Part shown: positions 12,637 to 25,321 of the stretch, piece by piece
How positions within the stretch are numbered: position 1 is the stretch's first letter
Layout of the letters: every line of letters starts with the position of its first letter
NCBI GenBank assembly: GCA_964016885.1
Contig: OZ024743.1
Span: 341,992,001 to 342,056,000 of the forward strand
Direction: 5' to 3'
Length of the DNA stretch: 64,000 bases
From: Eledone cirrhosa
Taxonomy: Eukaryota
Notes under the pieces: model-generated
Told to the model about the DNA's origin: nothing
Databases searched by the model: none
The model's input: only the letters and a program-made list of their open reading frames with translations
Translations under genes and position numbers: made by a program

Positions 12637-12930
12637 ATAATACGTATATGTATGTGTGTGGTGTGTGTGTGTGTCTGTGTGTGTGTGCGTATAATATATA
12701 TATATATAGGATAGAATAGAATTAGAATTTAGCTTCGAGCATAGCTATGTACAGATATGTATTGCAATTTCCTATTTCTCTAGAAATACGGTATGTTTAT
12801 AAATACACATTTAGAAGGCCGTAGCTATGCAATAGCATCGGCAGCTATCGCCACCTGTATGTATGTATGTATGTATGTATGTATTATGTATGTATGTATG
12901 TGTGCGTGTGTGTGTGCGCGTGTGTGTGTG

Positions 12931-12972
<42 letters not shown>

Positions 12973-13017
12973 AACACACACACATATATATATATATATA
13001 AGTTGTACGTTTTGATT

Positions 13018-13705
13018 ATGTATAACCCAGCCGCTATCCACTCCATGAAATTACAGAAATTGCATGTGTTAAATACGAATGCGCAATTTAGAATGTTCAC
13101 AATACGTTAAACAGTTGTTAGACGGTTTAGTGTGAGAATAACTACATTGTTCCGATCTGTAACACATCCTATATGTGCTTGCTGTAGTTCAAATGGAAGT
13201 CATTCGATGTTTCCAAAAAATTAGAAAGATCTTATAACTAGGACTAACGCGACAAACCATTGGCGGAGTTCAGTCCTAAACTAAAGGAAACATTCCTAAG
13301 AGAGACTGCCCGCGTATATACGGGCTGTGACAGTGGTAGTGACAGCAGTCTAAAAAACTGTGGCAGAAACATATGACCTTCTAAATCGGATCAAATAGAG
13401 TTCATCCGTTAGGGATAAAAATATTAAATCTGTGCCGAAGTTCTCAATCTGATTAGATATGCATATAACAAAGATATAAATGCAAAATTATATACAAATC
13501 GAACTAATATGAAAAAAAGTGTTCAACGTACGATCAAAGACATGTTTGTCACCAGGTAGAACAAATAATTAAGTATAAGTTATACACTTAGTTTATGTAT
13601 AGCCCAGTCGCTATCCACTCACACCATCAAATTACATAAATTATATGTTGTAAATACGAATGCGCAATTCAGAGTGTACACAATACGTTAGATGGCTTAG
13701 TGTTG
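13018..13705. repeat. Unit bounded by about 115-bp diverged direct repeats (13018-13135, 13595-13705)
   Basis: ATGTATA.CCCAG.CGCTATCCACTC...AAATACGAATGCGCAATT.AGA.TGT.CACAATACGTTA occurs twice. Confidence 0.7.
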
Positions 13706-13879
13706 TATATTGAATAATATACTGGATGTTAATGGAAAACTTTTGAGGGCCATTTGCTTTAAATGTTTAAGGTTGCGGCAAACGTTACACACCTTACCTC
13801 AGCACGTGTATATTATTCAATCCACAATATGTACATTTATATGTATACCGCTATGCTGGAGCGCCAATACAATATTTTA

Positions 13880-14270
13880 AGTTATAAGCATATACATGTA
13901 TATAAGCATATACATGTATACAAACATATACATTTATATAAGCATATACATGTATACAAGCATATACATGTATATAAGCATATACATGTATACAAGCATA
14001 TACATGTATATAAGCATATACATGTATATAAGCATATACATGTATTCAAGCATATACATGTATATAAGCATATACATGTACAGAAGTATATACATGTATA
14101 TAAGCATATACATGTATATAATCATATGCATGCTTATATACATGTATATGCAACTGTGTGTCCTTTTGCTTATGTATATACATGTATATACATGTATATA
14201 CATAACATATACATGCATATACATAATCATATACATGTATATACATAATCATATACATGTATATACATAA
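13880..14270. repeat. 18-bp minisatellite (TATAAGCATATACATGTA)n
   Basis: Direct tandem array; explains the YKHIHV ORF. Confidence 0.95.
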
Positions 14271-15059
14271 ACAAAAGGACACACATTGTATGTTGCCTTG
14301 TACATCAATAAATTAACGACAAAAAATATAGTTTCCGTACAACCTTTTATATGCCATGATCATTTTAAACATCGATTGATTGTTGCTTTGACATTTGCTT
14401 GATTTCAAATGTTAACGCTTTATTAGATAAACAAAATCCATCATTATTCCTGACGTAATTCCTACGATAATTCACTTAAGAGCAGCGTTTCCACGTCGGA
14501 TTTTTTTCTTTTCTTCTATTATGCTCGAATACACAATCTAGATAATTTTGTTCATGTCATTGCAGTTCCGAGACTTGCTGTTGTTATGATTATTGTTTTT
14601 TGACATCTCGATTTCTTTCAATAGTGTGGAAGGGATTCTAAGAAGGTCATAATCGCTAACATCTCATTACTTACTAAGCCTTAACAAAATTATATTTATA
14701 TTTTCCTCCTCTGTGGCTCTTCTAACCAGATGTTACAGAGCTTCTGTCAAATCTCGTCATGAAAGAATTACGATCAAATCTATCTGTTCATAAATAAATA
14801 GATTTGGTTCCATATCAAATATTTACTAAATCATTTATTATTATTATGCAAACAAGTTCAACGAGTTAAAGAGGAAGCCTCAATATCTGAAAACGGTCAC
14901 TCAATCTATCTAAAATTAATATTTACATCACCAGCAAATCACAGCACACGGCTTCCAAAAAGTAAGAATAGTTGGATGATGTAGTACGAGAATATATATA
15001 TATACGCATACGCATAATGGATATCGCGCCCACACGGTCACCAGTACTGTTCATCCTGT

Positions 15060-15630
15060 TGTATGTATGTAAATATCCGTGCGCGGGATATCCCTGAGTA
15101 CATTTTCTTGACCATCAATTGTTAATCAATTGTTTGTTAATTAGGCAGGAATATACCATTGTGTCTGTGCTAATCCTATGCGTTGCTGTGTGTGTGTGTA
15201 AAGTATCCGAGCGCGGGATATCCCTGAGCTAATTTTGCCTGACTGTTAATAGTGTTTTGATTACTTGTTAATTAGGCAGGAATATATATTATTATGTCTT
15301 TGTTAATCCTGTATCAATAATTTTGTGATAATTTTGTAATAATTTTATGATAATTTTGTAATAATTTTATGATAATTTTGTGATAATTATATAATTTTGT
15401 AATAATTTTGTGGTAATTTTGTGATAATTTTGTAATAATTTTTAGTCCTGTATCAATAATTTTATAATAATTTTTTGTGATAATACATTGTTAGATTACT
15501 GAAGCTACCTTATACCTTAACTAGGCAGGAATGTGTATTATTATGTCTTTGTTAATCCTGTATCAATAACTTTATAATAATTGTTTGTGGTAATACATTG
15601 TTAGATTACTGAAGCTACCCTATACCTTCT
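15060..15630. repeat. Nested tandem repeats (about 130-bp and about 110-bp units; 12-bp ATAATTTTGT(G/A)-based array 15317-15445)
   Basis: GCGCGGGATATCCCTGAG twice, TAGGCAGGAAT three times, TAATACATTGTTAGATTACTGAAGCTACC twice. Confidence 0.8.
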
Positions 15631-16477
15631 TAAAAATACATTTTATAATTATTGTCTTTTTGCTTATGTATTTTCTTATTTACCACTTTCTTTAATCTTG
15701 CCCAACTTGATAAACTCCTTGAATTGCTCGCTAATTAAATTACTTAAATTACTTAAATTATTGTATCTATTATGCCTAAGTTGTAGAAGCAGCCCTTTGA
15801 AAATTCCTCGGATATCCCAAATACCGTAATTTTTAACTTTTAATGTATAATTTTCCTCAATTCGCTTTTATATATATCCTTAAAGGCTCTCTAAAATTTT
15901 AATTCTTCGAAGGGTCTCTCGGAAGAAGTTCCTTTTAAAAATATTAAAGGGGCCTTTTCTGAGAGAATTATAGAAGGCTCTCTGAATTAACCTTTAATTG
16001 ATTAGTTTCTTTCAACTTAGTAGGAAATATCAAAACTTCGTAAGTTTTCTGAAATTAGTAAACGTGATCTCGGGGGAAGAAGGTTTTTTTCTTTCGGGAA
16101 AAATTTTTTTTTTTCTCTAGAAGGAATTTCATAGGAAACTTTATATATTTTTTAGGGAAACTTTATATTTTTATTTTTTATTTTATTAGCCTCTTAATTT
16201 CTTCTAGTCTAGTAGGTTTATTGGAGCCTGTAAGCTTTATGCACTTATTGAGGGATTTTCTAAGGTGCTTCTTTTAGTTTACTGTTAATGCGTAAATTAT
16301 ATATTATCTAATTTATTAAACTTCAATCCCTGACCCCGACAACTAATATAAAAGAGCCCCCTTAGAATATAGACCCCCAACTATACAAGCGGAGTTGCTG
16401 ATGTATACCACAATTTCAAACTGCTAGCCTTGAGTGATACGTTGATGTAAATAATGATCTTACAATCACATGTTATA

Positions 16478-16524
16478 TGCCTTGATAAGTCCCACCATGT
16501 GGTCGGACGAAACGGCTGTGGGCA
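16478..16524 (+). ncRNA. Type I hammerhead, U3-A8 variant, GUG at the cleavage site (probably inactive)
   Basis: tgcc TTGATAA gtcc caccatgtggtc ggac GAAAC ggct GTG ggca. Confidence 0.7.
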
Positions 16525-16677
16525 ATAAACTTGTTATAATTTCATAATAGTTCCTTTGTTCTTTTTCACTAATATTTCTGCTCTGCGTATACGCATAGAG
16601 CTTAACTAGCTACCGTCACATATTTGGTAGGTCAGACGTGATCATCGCGATTCACTTACGACCTACCATACATCTTA

Positions 16678-17275
<598 letters not shown>

Positions 17276-17284
17276 ATATATAAT

Positions 17285-17566
17285 GTATATATTGAGTTAG
17301 AAACTCGAAATAGTCTCTTACAACAAAATATCTCTAGGAAAGAGATTTTCCGAGCCGTATATTATAATTGACTATAAAAGAAAAACAAATACAGATATAT
17401 AAATATATGTGTTCAAATCATAAGAGTCCAGATTCGCTAAGGTGAAAAGAATACTAACTATAGACAATAGGGTTATAGTTAGTATTCTTTTCACCTTAGC
17501 GAATCTGGTCCCTTACGATTTGAACACATATATGTATATATCTGTGTTTGTTTTTCTTTTATATTC

Positions 17567-17572
<6 letters not shown>
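17285..17572 (-). mobile_element. Fold-back element: 99-bp arms (17364-17462 / 17474-17572) plus tail 17285-17363
   Basis: Inverted arms with an 11-nt spacer. The tail recurs alone at 46376-46445. Confidence 0.75.
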
Positions 17573-17646
<74 letters not shown>

Positions 17647-17684
17647 CTGTGTGTGTGTGTAAAAGGTAAACAGAAATATATATA

Positions 17685-17832
17685 TGAAAAGTTTCAGGAC
17701 CCCGACGGCTGAGCTCCGGTCGTTTCGACAGCTAGATCCGAACAGTTCGGATCTAGCTGTCGAAAACGCTGCCCCAAATATTGAATATTCTGGTGAGTTA
17801 TGGTCCACCTGGCATTTTACCACACCCTATCT
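17685..17832 (+). mobile_element. Miniature fold-back relative of 9417-10175, with a perfect 21-bp hairpin (17723-17765)
   Basis: TTTCGACAGCTAGATCCGAAC-A-GTTCGGATCTAGCTGTCGAAA. GACCCCGACGGC motif and tail match the 9417 family. Confidence 0.7.
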
Positions 17833-17839
17833 GATATAT

Positions 17840-18688
17840 ATATATAAAATAAAGTCAAATGATTAAAATTTAGCTTCGTTTATTACTGCTATATATATTT
17901 TAGTGACAGCCATCTTTGGCTGTGACCTCTTCAGGCAGTTTGAATTAGTATGGTATAGACAAGTACATATGTTGTTTAGGTGTATAATATTGTCAATACT
18001 CTGATATGCGCAGTTCCTTGTTGGGTTGTTAATTCACTGAGGAACTCGAGTCATATGAATTCAAACAAACGAATTTCAGTGTCAAAGGTCCCCTTCTCCT
18101 CTCATTGCTCAGTTATTAGAACATTCCTCATTCTAAGTGTTGTTATTGTTGGAGTTAGCTTAAAAATTGATAAAATGGTAGAAGGGACAAGGTGTTAAAG
18201 GAACAAAATAACAAAAAAAGTGTCAAACTTCCCATGTTATTTTGTTCCTTTAACACCTTGAAGAATAGAGGTGTAACACACAAGTTATGATATATTGGTA
18301 AACGTAATAGAAAATGCTGACAAATTGTTCACAGTGAAAAATAGTTTAATTAGAAATAAGTGATAATTAGTAATAGTATTGGTTAATATTAAGTTTTGGT
18401 TTTAAGTTTTACCGGTTGCGCATTTCTAATGCTTTTCAAAAATAATTTTGAGATAGAGCGTCCGTGATGTTTGCTCTGATCTGATTAGTTTTGGGAATTC
18501 TACCTGTTTTTATGTTAAAAAAATGGCTCCAGCGCTATTAAAATAAGTTTTGCGCCAATTCGTGTTGCAAAAATTCTTGTGGTCAAAACAATTTTTATTG
18601 GTCGGTAGAGGTCATGTGAATGTAAAAAATTGATGTTGCGCCAAATGTAGGTTTGTGTCGGCTGACTGAGAAATAAGTATTTCACCAC

Positions 18689-18740
<52 letters not shown>

Positions 18741-19074
18741 ATGTATATATAGAGGACCTTGACACTGAAATTCGTTTGTTTGAATTCATATGACTCCAGT
18801 TCCTCAGTGAAATAACAACCCAACCAGGAACTGGGCCTATCAGAGTATTGACAATAGTATACACCTAAACAACATATGTACTTGTCTACACCATACTAAT
18901 TCAAACTGCCTGAAGAGGTCACAGCCAAAGATGGCTGTCACTGAAATATATATACCAGTAATAAACGAAGCTAAATTTTAATCATTTGACTTTTATTTAA
19001 CTTTATTTTACACTACTCCGGAGTAACCAAACCAACCTGCGCTCTTCGTCGAGTGCTCCAGCCTGCATACTGAG

Positions 19075-19075
<1 letters not shown>
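17840..19075 (+). mobile_element. Fold-back element: about 250-bp arms (17840-18090 / 18752-18998) plus tail, with nested insertions in the spacer
   Basis: Arms are reverse complements, each with a hammerhead copy (17885-17939 -, 18905-18959 +). Consensus actgc CTGAAGA ggtcacagcca aaga tggctgtcact GAAA tatata TA gcagt; each copy has one disabling change. Confidence 0.8.
18407..18443 (-). ncRNA. Decayed minimal hammerhead, U3-A8 variant (family of 6402-6437)
   Basis: ttt TTGAAAA gcat tagaa atgc GCAAC cg GTA aaa. Stems covary with the 6402 copy; GAAA is mutated. Confidence 0.6.
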
Positions 19076-19112
<37 letters not shown>

Positions 19113-19349
19113 TTGTAGGGGAGGGCTTGTGTATGTACAAATCTCTCTCTATATATATATTCATATGTGATATGTTGATATGTGTGTTTATATGTGTGTC
19201 TGTGACCGAAACAAACTACAGTTTTTGATATACTCGATTGCAATCCCTTGAAGGAGGTATCTCAATGAAGGGGCGAAACTAAAGAAAGCATAAAATAATT
19301 TCATAAAAAGTACGGAGGACTCAATGCCTATATGCCTGATTATTTCTTT

Positions 19350-19522
19350 ATCGGTAGAGGGTCGGACGCCATACTTTGCAACACAATTACGTTCCTTTAC
19401 GGACTGATTTCAAATCCCGCCGAGGTTAATGTTGCCTTTCATCCTTACGGGGCCGATCAAATAAAGTACCAGTAATGCACTGGTTAATTGCTGGCCTTGT
19501 GCCATAAGTAGAAACAATTATT
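19350..19522 (+). mobile_element. SINE family 1
   Basis: ATCGGTAGAGGGTCGGACGCCAT...TTCAAATCCCGCCGAGG...GGCCTTGTGCCATAAGTAGAAACAATTATT. Confidence 0.88.
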
Positions 19523-20759
19523 TCTTACCTTCCATAAAACTGATTTTTGTTTCCTAATAACAAACTTAATATTTGTGGAGTGATGATATACTTGATTAAT
19601 ACATAATTAAATATATTGCTCATAGAGGTTGCTATTGTTGTTTAAGCTCAAATCAACCAGAATCGAATAGCACTGTGGTCAAATATATTTCAATTTTGAA
19701 TATGTATGAAGAAATGCATTTTCGAGTATGCCAATTTTTTTCTTTTTACTAAAATTATTGCTATAATTTTCGGCCTGTTGTCTTACAAAGATCAATCCCT
19801 ACATTGGCTTGTCTTTCTTTTGATGTTAATGTTGTTAGTTAGCTTTTAGTCAGAGGTATTCCAGTTAACACCATCCATTTTTAAAACAGAATATGCTTAT
19901 CATACATCATCCAGTACAACCTGCCAAATTGCGCTCAAATTCCCCCCAAGTCACACATAATAATGTGTTTTGGTGGAGATATAGCTAGCATTCGCAAACA
20001 GTCGAATAACGTTCAGAAGAATATCTATTAATTTCATGGCTACGACTAAACTTTTGGGTGCACATTTTTTTTTTTTTTTTCATAGTTCCCGAAGCAAGTT
20101 TTACAAGTTTATTTTATTACGAAAAGTATTGCTGCCTTATATGATTACAATTCCTCTGGTGTGTCGTTGAGCATGGTAACGGTTAAAACGTATTTTCCCC
20201 CACAACAATGATCAGGGATTTATAGTTAAGCGCTTACTGAACAGCAAACCAATAAAATAACTATGAAAACGTCAATCTAAATGTTCATTGTTTATTAATT
20301 CCCAAAGTATAACACATATTATCGTTTTGTTTTTTTTTGTTTTTTTTTTGTTTTTCTATTTACAAGCAAAACAGATTACATTCTTTAAATTTATATATCT
20401 GAAGGGATATTATGAAAATAGCTTTTATTTGGAAAAAATGATGAATGCGAAATTCCTGTGATGTAAGCATCAATGGTATACGTGGCTCTGAGTAATGTGC
20501 CTGAATGGCTTTATCTGGCATTGTTTCCACAGGAATTTGGTTTATCTACGCTAAGCAAATGCAGCACCTCTGCTGTGGTTTCAGTAGTAATCTCAAAGTA
20601 TAAACTGAATTTCCGAAGTCAAGATCTACCAAATTTTGTTTTATCTTCACGGCAAATATATAATTACTTTATTATTTTTCGATATTACTTATCTATACTT
20701 ATATAAATCTATTTATCTCAACACGTGAATATAGATGCGACTTTGCTTAGAATTGACTT

Positions 20760-21560
20760 TACATGTATTACAACATTCGGAATGAGCAAACCACGGCGGA
20801 TGAAATGTTGTTAAGTAATGGATTTGTGAAGCAAGCCACAAAAATCTGTAAGAAAAGAAAAGTTCACATTTAAAAAAAAAGAACAATAGACAACGACTTA
20901 GTTGCTGAGATAATTATACTATATTTTCTGTAATATAATCCATATTGGCCCCATCATGATAATGAAAACCCTTACAATTGGCGAGGGTACTGTGACATCA
21001 GCATTGTTTGGTAATACACGAGAAGATGCTACTGGTAAATAGTTTTCAAACAATACGGTCTGTAGACATACTGCTAATATTCCGACATATATTAAAGAAC
21101 ACTACATTTTAGCAATAACATCATGATTCATGTGCGATACGTCTTGCGAAATATACACAGAAGCGGACATTTTATCCTAGAAACCGTACCATATTCAGCA
21201 ACTTGAAGAGAAATTAAGCTGGAATATGTTTTAGAGTATATACATCGACAGTCCAAGGGCAACTATTGGATCGCGTTATGTGTTTTCCGGGAAAGTATGG
21301 GAAATTAATCATTAGATTGAACAATTCGACTGTTTTTACGCAGAGGACATCTTCCTTAAAACTTATATCACTGAAATTGGGTTTAGACATCGTTCAAATT
21401 GTGGACGTCATAAAATCAAAATTCCTCATTACTGTACTATTCACTTCAATGATTTTTAGTCTTCAATCGGATTTAGATTTGAAGAATTACTTTATTATCC
21501 GGAGATTAGATTGTTATAAAGCGGAAAAGTTTGGCAGCTAATCATATGACTATAAAGTGA
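20760..21560 (+). pseudogene. Decayed hAT (Buster/Charlie-type) transposase, N-terminal/central part
   Basis: KPLTIGE, FSNNTVCRH..I...IKEH, DIVQIVDVIKSKFL..LF and ELLYYPEIR resemble the Buster-type motifs KPHTIGE, LSNNTVSRRI, VVKIVNFIKS..L..RLF and LLLHTEVRW. Confidence 0.6.
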
Positions 21561-21580
21561 AGTAGAAAATTATTCGTCTG

Positions 21581-21612
<32 letters not shown>

Positions 21613-21886
21613 TTCATTTATTAGCCACAAGGGCCGACATGTAGGGGACAATACAAAGACAAGGACAGTGGGGGTTTATAATAAAGTCGAGTAAAAGTGC
21701 ACAATGGCAAGACTAATTTAACAATGAGAATATAAAATATAAAATAAACTATGCAAAATATAACAAAATAAATTCCCCGATAGGGGGGGGAACGACCCTG
21801 GGGTGATTCGGGTACCCCACCAATCCTGAACCACCCTGCGCTTCTTGGGCACCCAGGAGAGCACCCCTCTCCTCAAGTTAGCTAGC

Positions 21887-24800
21887 CTATAGGCGCATGG
21901 TCAGAGTAGGCCCATTCACACGAGCCATTCTCGCCACATTCACCCACCTTTTAGCAAATGTACTGGGGGGCAGCACTTCTCTCTCCACCCTCACCCTCCT
22001 TTCCAGGTGAAACTTGAAGAAGTTGATGAGGGATTGGCCGAAGAGAAAAGTGTCTGTCTTTAGTCCTTTCAACCAGGTCCACCATATAATCTCTTTCGCA
22101 ACTGCCACCAGACAGAGGAAAATGTCCTGCTCTTCCTGACCTAAGGAAGGTGACGGCTCGATCTTCCCTATGGACTCGGCCGATAACTGGATTCGTTCCA
22201 CACGCGACAGTAGCTGTTCGACATAACTCCACAAGTCAGTAATGCACGGACATTGGACAAGTGCGTGCAGAACGGTTTCGTCGTTCTGTGCGCATCTTGG
22301 GCAGGTCCGTCTGACAGCACTTCCGTGCCTGTAGAGTTTATCCCGAACCGGCAGTGCCCCCCGGTAGCACTGCCAAGCGAGGGATTTCTGGAAATTGTCC
22401 ATCGTCCCCGGCTCAAAAGTCCTCCGGTATAGACTGGTCAGTTCGACTTCGTCGAGGCCCAAAGCTTCTCCGAGTGCGTCATCGCACTTGCCCACCACTA
22501 ATCCTCTATAGAACTCGAGAGTGGAAGTTCCACTGATCGCATTGCCCGCTTGGTAGAGGGCAGTGAGTGCCTGGCAACATTCCAGGTGCCAGTCACCCAG
22601 TCTCGGTCTCTTCTTGACCCAGGACTGCAGCTCAGTCAAAGAAATGAGCTGCGGAAAGGCCCGTCTGATAAACGGCGACCACACCTGTTCACCATTGAGG
22701 CAGAATATCCGGAGATGTCGCAGACTCAACGCATGTCTGCGCATCATTAGCCACGGCATGCCCAGCCCTCCGCGTAGAGGGTGCTGGCAGCAGATGGGCC
22801 GCCTCACCAACGGAACTTGTCCTCTCCACAAGAATTTGAAGAGGAGCCGTTCCAACTTGACGAGGCGCGGACGGGGGCAAGGCACGACGGTTAGGCGGTA
22901 ATAGATGACGGACGCGATGTACGTATTCGCCACCTCCGCGCGACCTTTCAGTGATAGCTTCCTCCCAGCCCATTTTTGGGTGAGACTGGCTACTCTGCTC
23001 GTTACCTCGTCCCAATTCTTTTCCACCTGGAGGTCTGGTCCGAACCAAACCCCGAGCAACTTTATTGGTCCGTCCGTCCGTCCAGCGCCCCACGACGCTG
23101 TTGGACGGCATGGGCTTGCCTCTCCAGGTTCCGAGCTGCAAGCCCACCGACTTTTCCGGGTTAAGTTTGGCTCCTGTCAACCTTTCATATTCCTTCAATA
23201 AGGTGCCGACCACCTCGATTTCTGAGGTGTTCGACACCATCACGGTGATGTCGTCCGCATAAGCCGATACCGCCTTTCCACCTCCCGGTTCGAGCGGGAT
23301 GCCCTGCAACAGCTCCAGCTTCCGCAGTAAAGGCTCGTAGTCAATACGTACAGAAGGGAAGAGAGAGGGCACCCTTGACGGACCGATCGGGAGAGCCGAA
23401 ATGGTTCCGAGAGGTGGCCATTAACCTTGACCACCGAGCGTGTGCCGCTGTGCATTGCAACGATCCAGCTTCTAAAGACAGGGCCGAAACCAGCTGCTTT
23501 GAGGACAAACTCCAGATACCGATGGTCGACCCTATCGAATGCTTTCGATTGATCTAAATTGATCAGTGCCCCACCGAAGCCAGGTTTACACCCTACCCTC
23601 TCTATGATGTATCGCATGAGGTGGAGATTGTCGTGTATGGACCTGGCTGGGATTGCGCAAGTTTGCGCCTCCCCAACCAAATCCTCGACGACAAGCGCCA
23701 ATCTCCTTGCTAACACCTTGGCCAAAATCTTAAACTCTGTGTTGAGCAGAGTTATGGGCCTGAAGTTGTCTAATGTATCCCTCTTGTTCTCGTCTTTCCT
23801 TATCACCTTCACCACTCCCCTGCTCACAGAACTGGGAATACTCCCATTCTGCTGCCAGTTACAGTAGAGTGCTTCGAGGAGTTCGGAGAACAAGTCTGGC
23901 ATATTTACGTAAAGCTCGTAGGGCAGGCCATCCAAGCCGGGTGACTTGCGCCTCATGCAGCCGACAAGGGCGTCCTGTATTTCGGCTGAAGTAATCGGCC
24001 TTTCGCAGCGATCAGCGTCGACCGTCGAGATGCGCGGCAAGCCGTCAAGGTAGGGACTGAAATCCGCTACTCTCTCTGACTCGCCACTCTCCCCGAACAA
24101 CCGAGCAAAGTGCTGGCGAAAGGCCTCACACATCCGCTTGGAATCGCTTATCTCGTGTCCGTCTCGGTCCGCCAAAGACCGAATTGTGGTTTTATTACCA
24201 CGCTGCGCCTCCGCCACGCGGGCCCATCCAACAGCTTTAGTTCCCTCGTTTCTCAGCGCACGCGCCTTAGCTCTGACAATGCAACCTTCGTGTTTCGCAT
24301 TGAAGAAATTGTCTAATGCCATTCTCGCCGCTAGCACGTCAGTTGCGATGCCACTACAAATAGCCTCGTCTGACTTATCTACCAGCTCCCCCTCCTTTCT
24401 ATTTTTCTCTAACGCTAGTTCTTTGCTGAACTCTATCGAAGTTACTCTAATCTCTCTTTTGAGAGCCCCCCACCATCTGTTGTTGATGATCCCCCCTGTC
24501 AACTTTTGCTTAACTAACTTATTGACTCGGTCCTTGTAAGCCTTACGTGCCGGAAATGACATGTTCAGCTTCCAGTAACCCGGTCCTAGCCTACGCGTTT
24601 TATTTAGGTCGACCGTACAGATCACAAATTTGTGATCTGAATAGGCGACCGTTTTAAAAAGTGGACAGCCCACACTATTTCTATCTATTTTCCTAATGAA
24701 GATTCTGTCTATATACGATCTAGATGACCCCATTCGGTTGGTCCATGTCCATACTGGCACATTGGGGAAATCTAGTCGATACCTGTCATACAGTTGGAAC

Positions 24801-25312
24801 TGGCTGAGTAGGTGCTTGAGGCTTTTGCACCCCCCACTCCTAGCGGCTACTCCCTCACAATCCCAGCGTGCGTCTAAGATGCCATTCCAGTCCCCCGCTA
24901 ACAGTAAAGGGCGAGACGTACCCAGAAAGGTCTCCAGGCGCCTAAAGAAGTCAGGTCGTCCGGCCCCTGTAGGGGCGTAGGCGGCCACCAGTCTAAAGGC
25001 ACCACCTTCGCTACAGCTCACATCCAAGACCACCAACTTACCGTCCGGGTCCCGGAAGATCGACCTTACCTCGAGATCCAGTCCTTTCCTAAACAGCACT
25101 GCCACCCCACCCCCCATTCCCGGCCTGCTAACAGATGCGAAGATCTGATAGTCGTCGAAAATGGGGGCTAGTGCACGCGTGTCGGAAATTCTGGTCTCGC
25201 TTACGGCAATCATATCCATTTCCAGCGACCGGAGGTCGTTGAGCAGGCGACCCTGCTTCCAGGGTGACCCCAGGCCGCGAACATTTAAACGTCCTACTCT
25301 TAATATGGCCAT
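21887..25312 (-). CDS. LINE ORF2: APE endonuclease, reverse transcriptase, C-terminal zinc finger; two frameshifts (about 23340 and 23080)
   Basis: LNVRGL, SETR, AYAP, GDWN, IDRIF, YSDH; GYWKLN; KSPGLDGLPYELY, NFRPITLLN, DQSKAFDRVDH, VRQGCPLS, YADD; CPRC...ETVLHALVQC. Confidence 0.93.
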
Positions 25313-25321
25313 ATTGGTAAC

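Noticed and set aside
13763-14282. ORFs with YKHIHV/IYMYIS repeats
   Set aside because: Translation of an 18-bp minisatellite that is open in several frames; no coding evidence.
15060-15630. CRISPR-like repeat spacing
   Set aside because: Eukaryotic context; units are tandem duplications without unique spacers.
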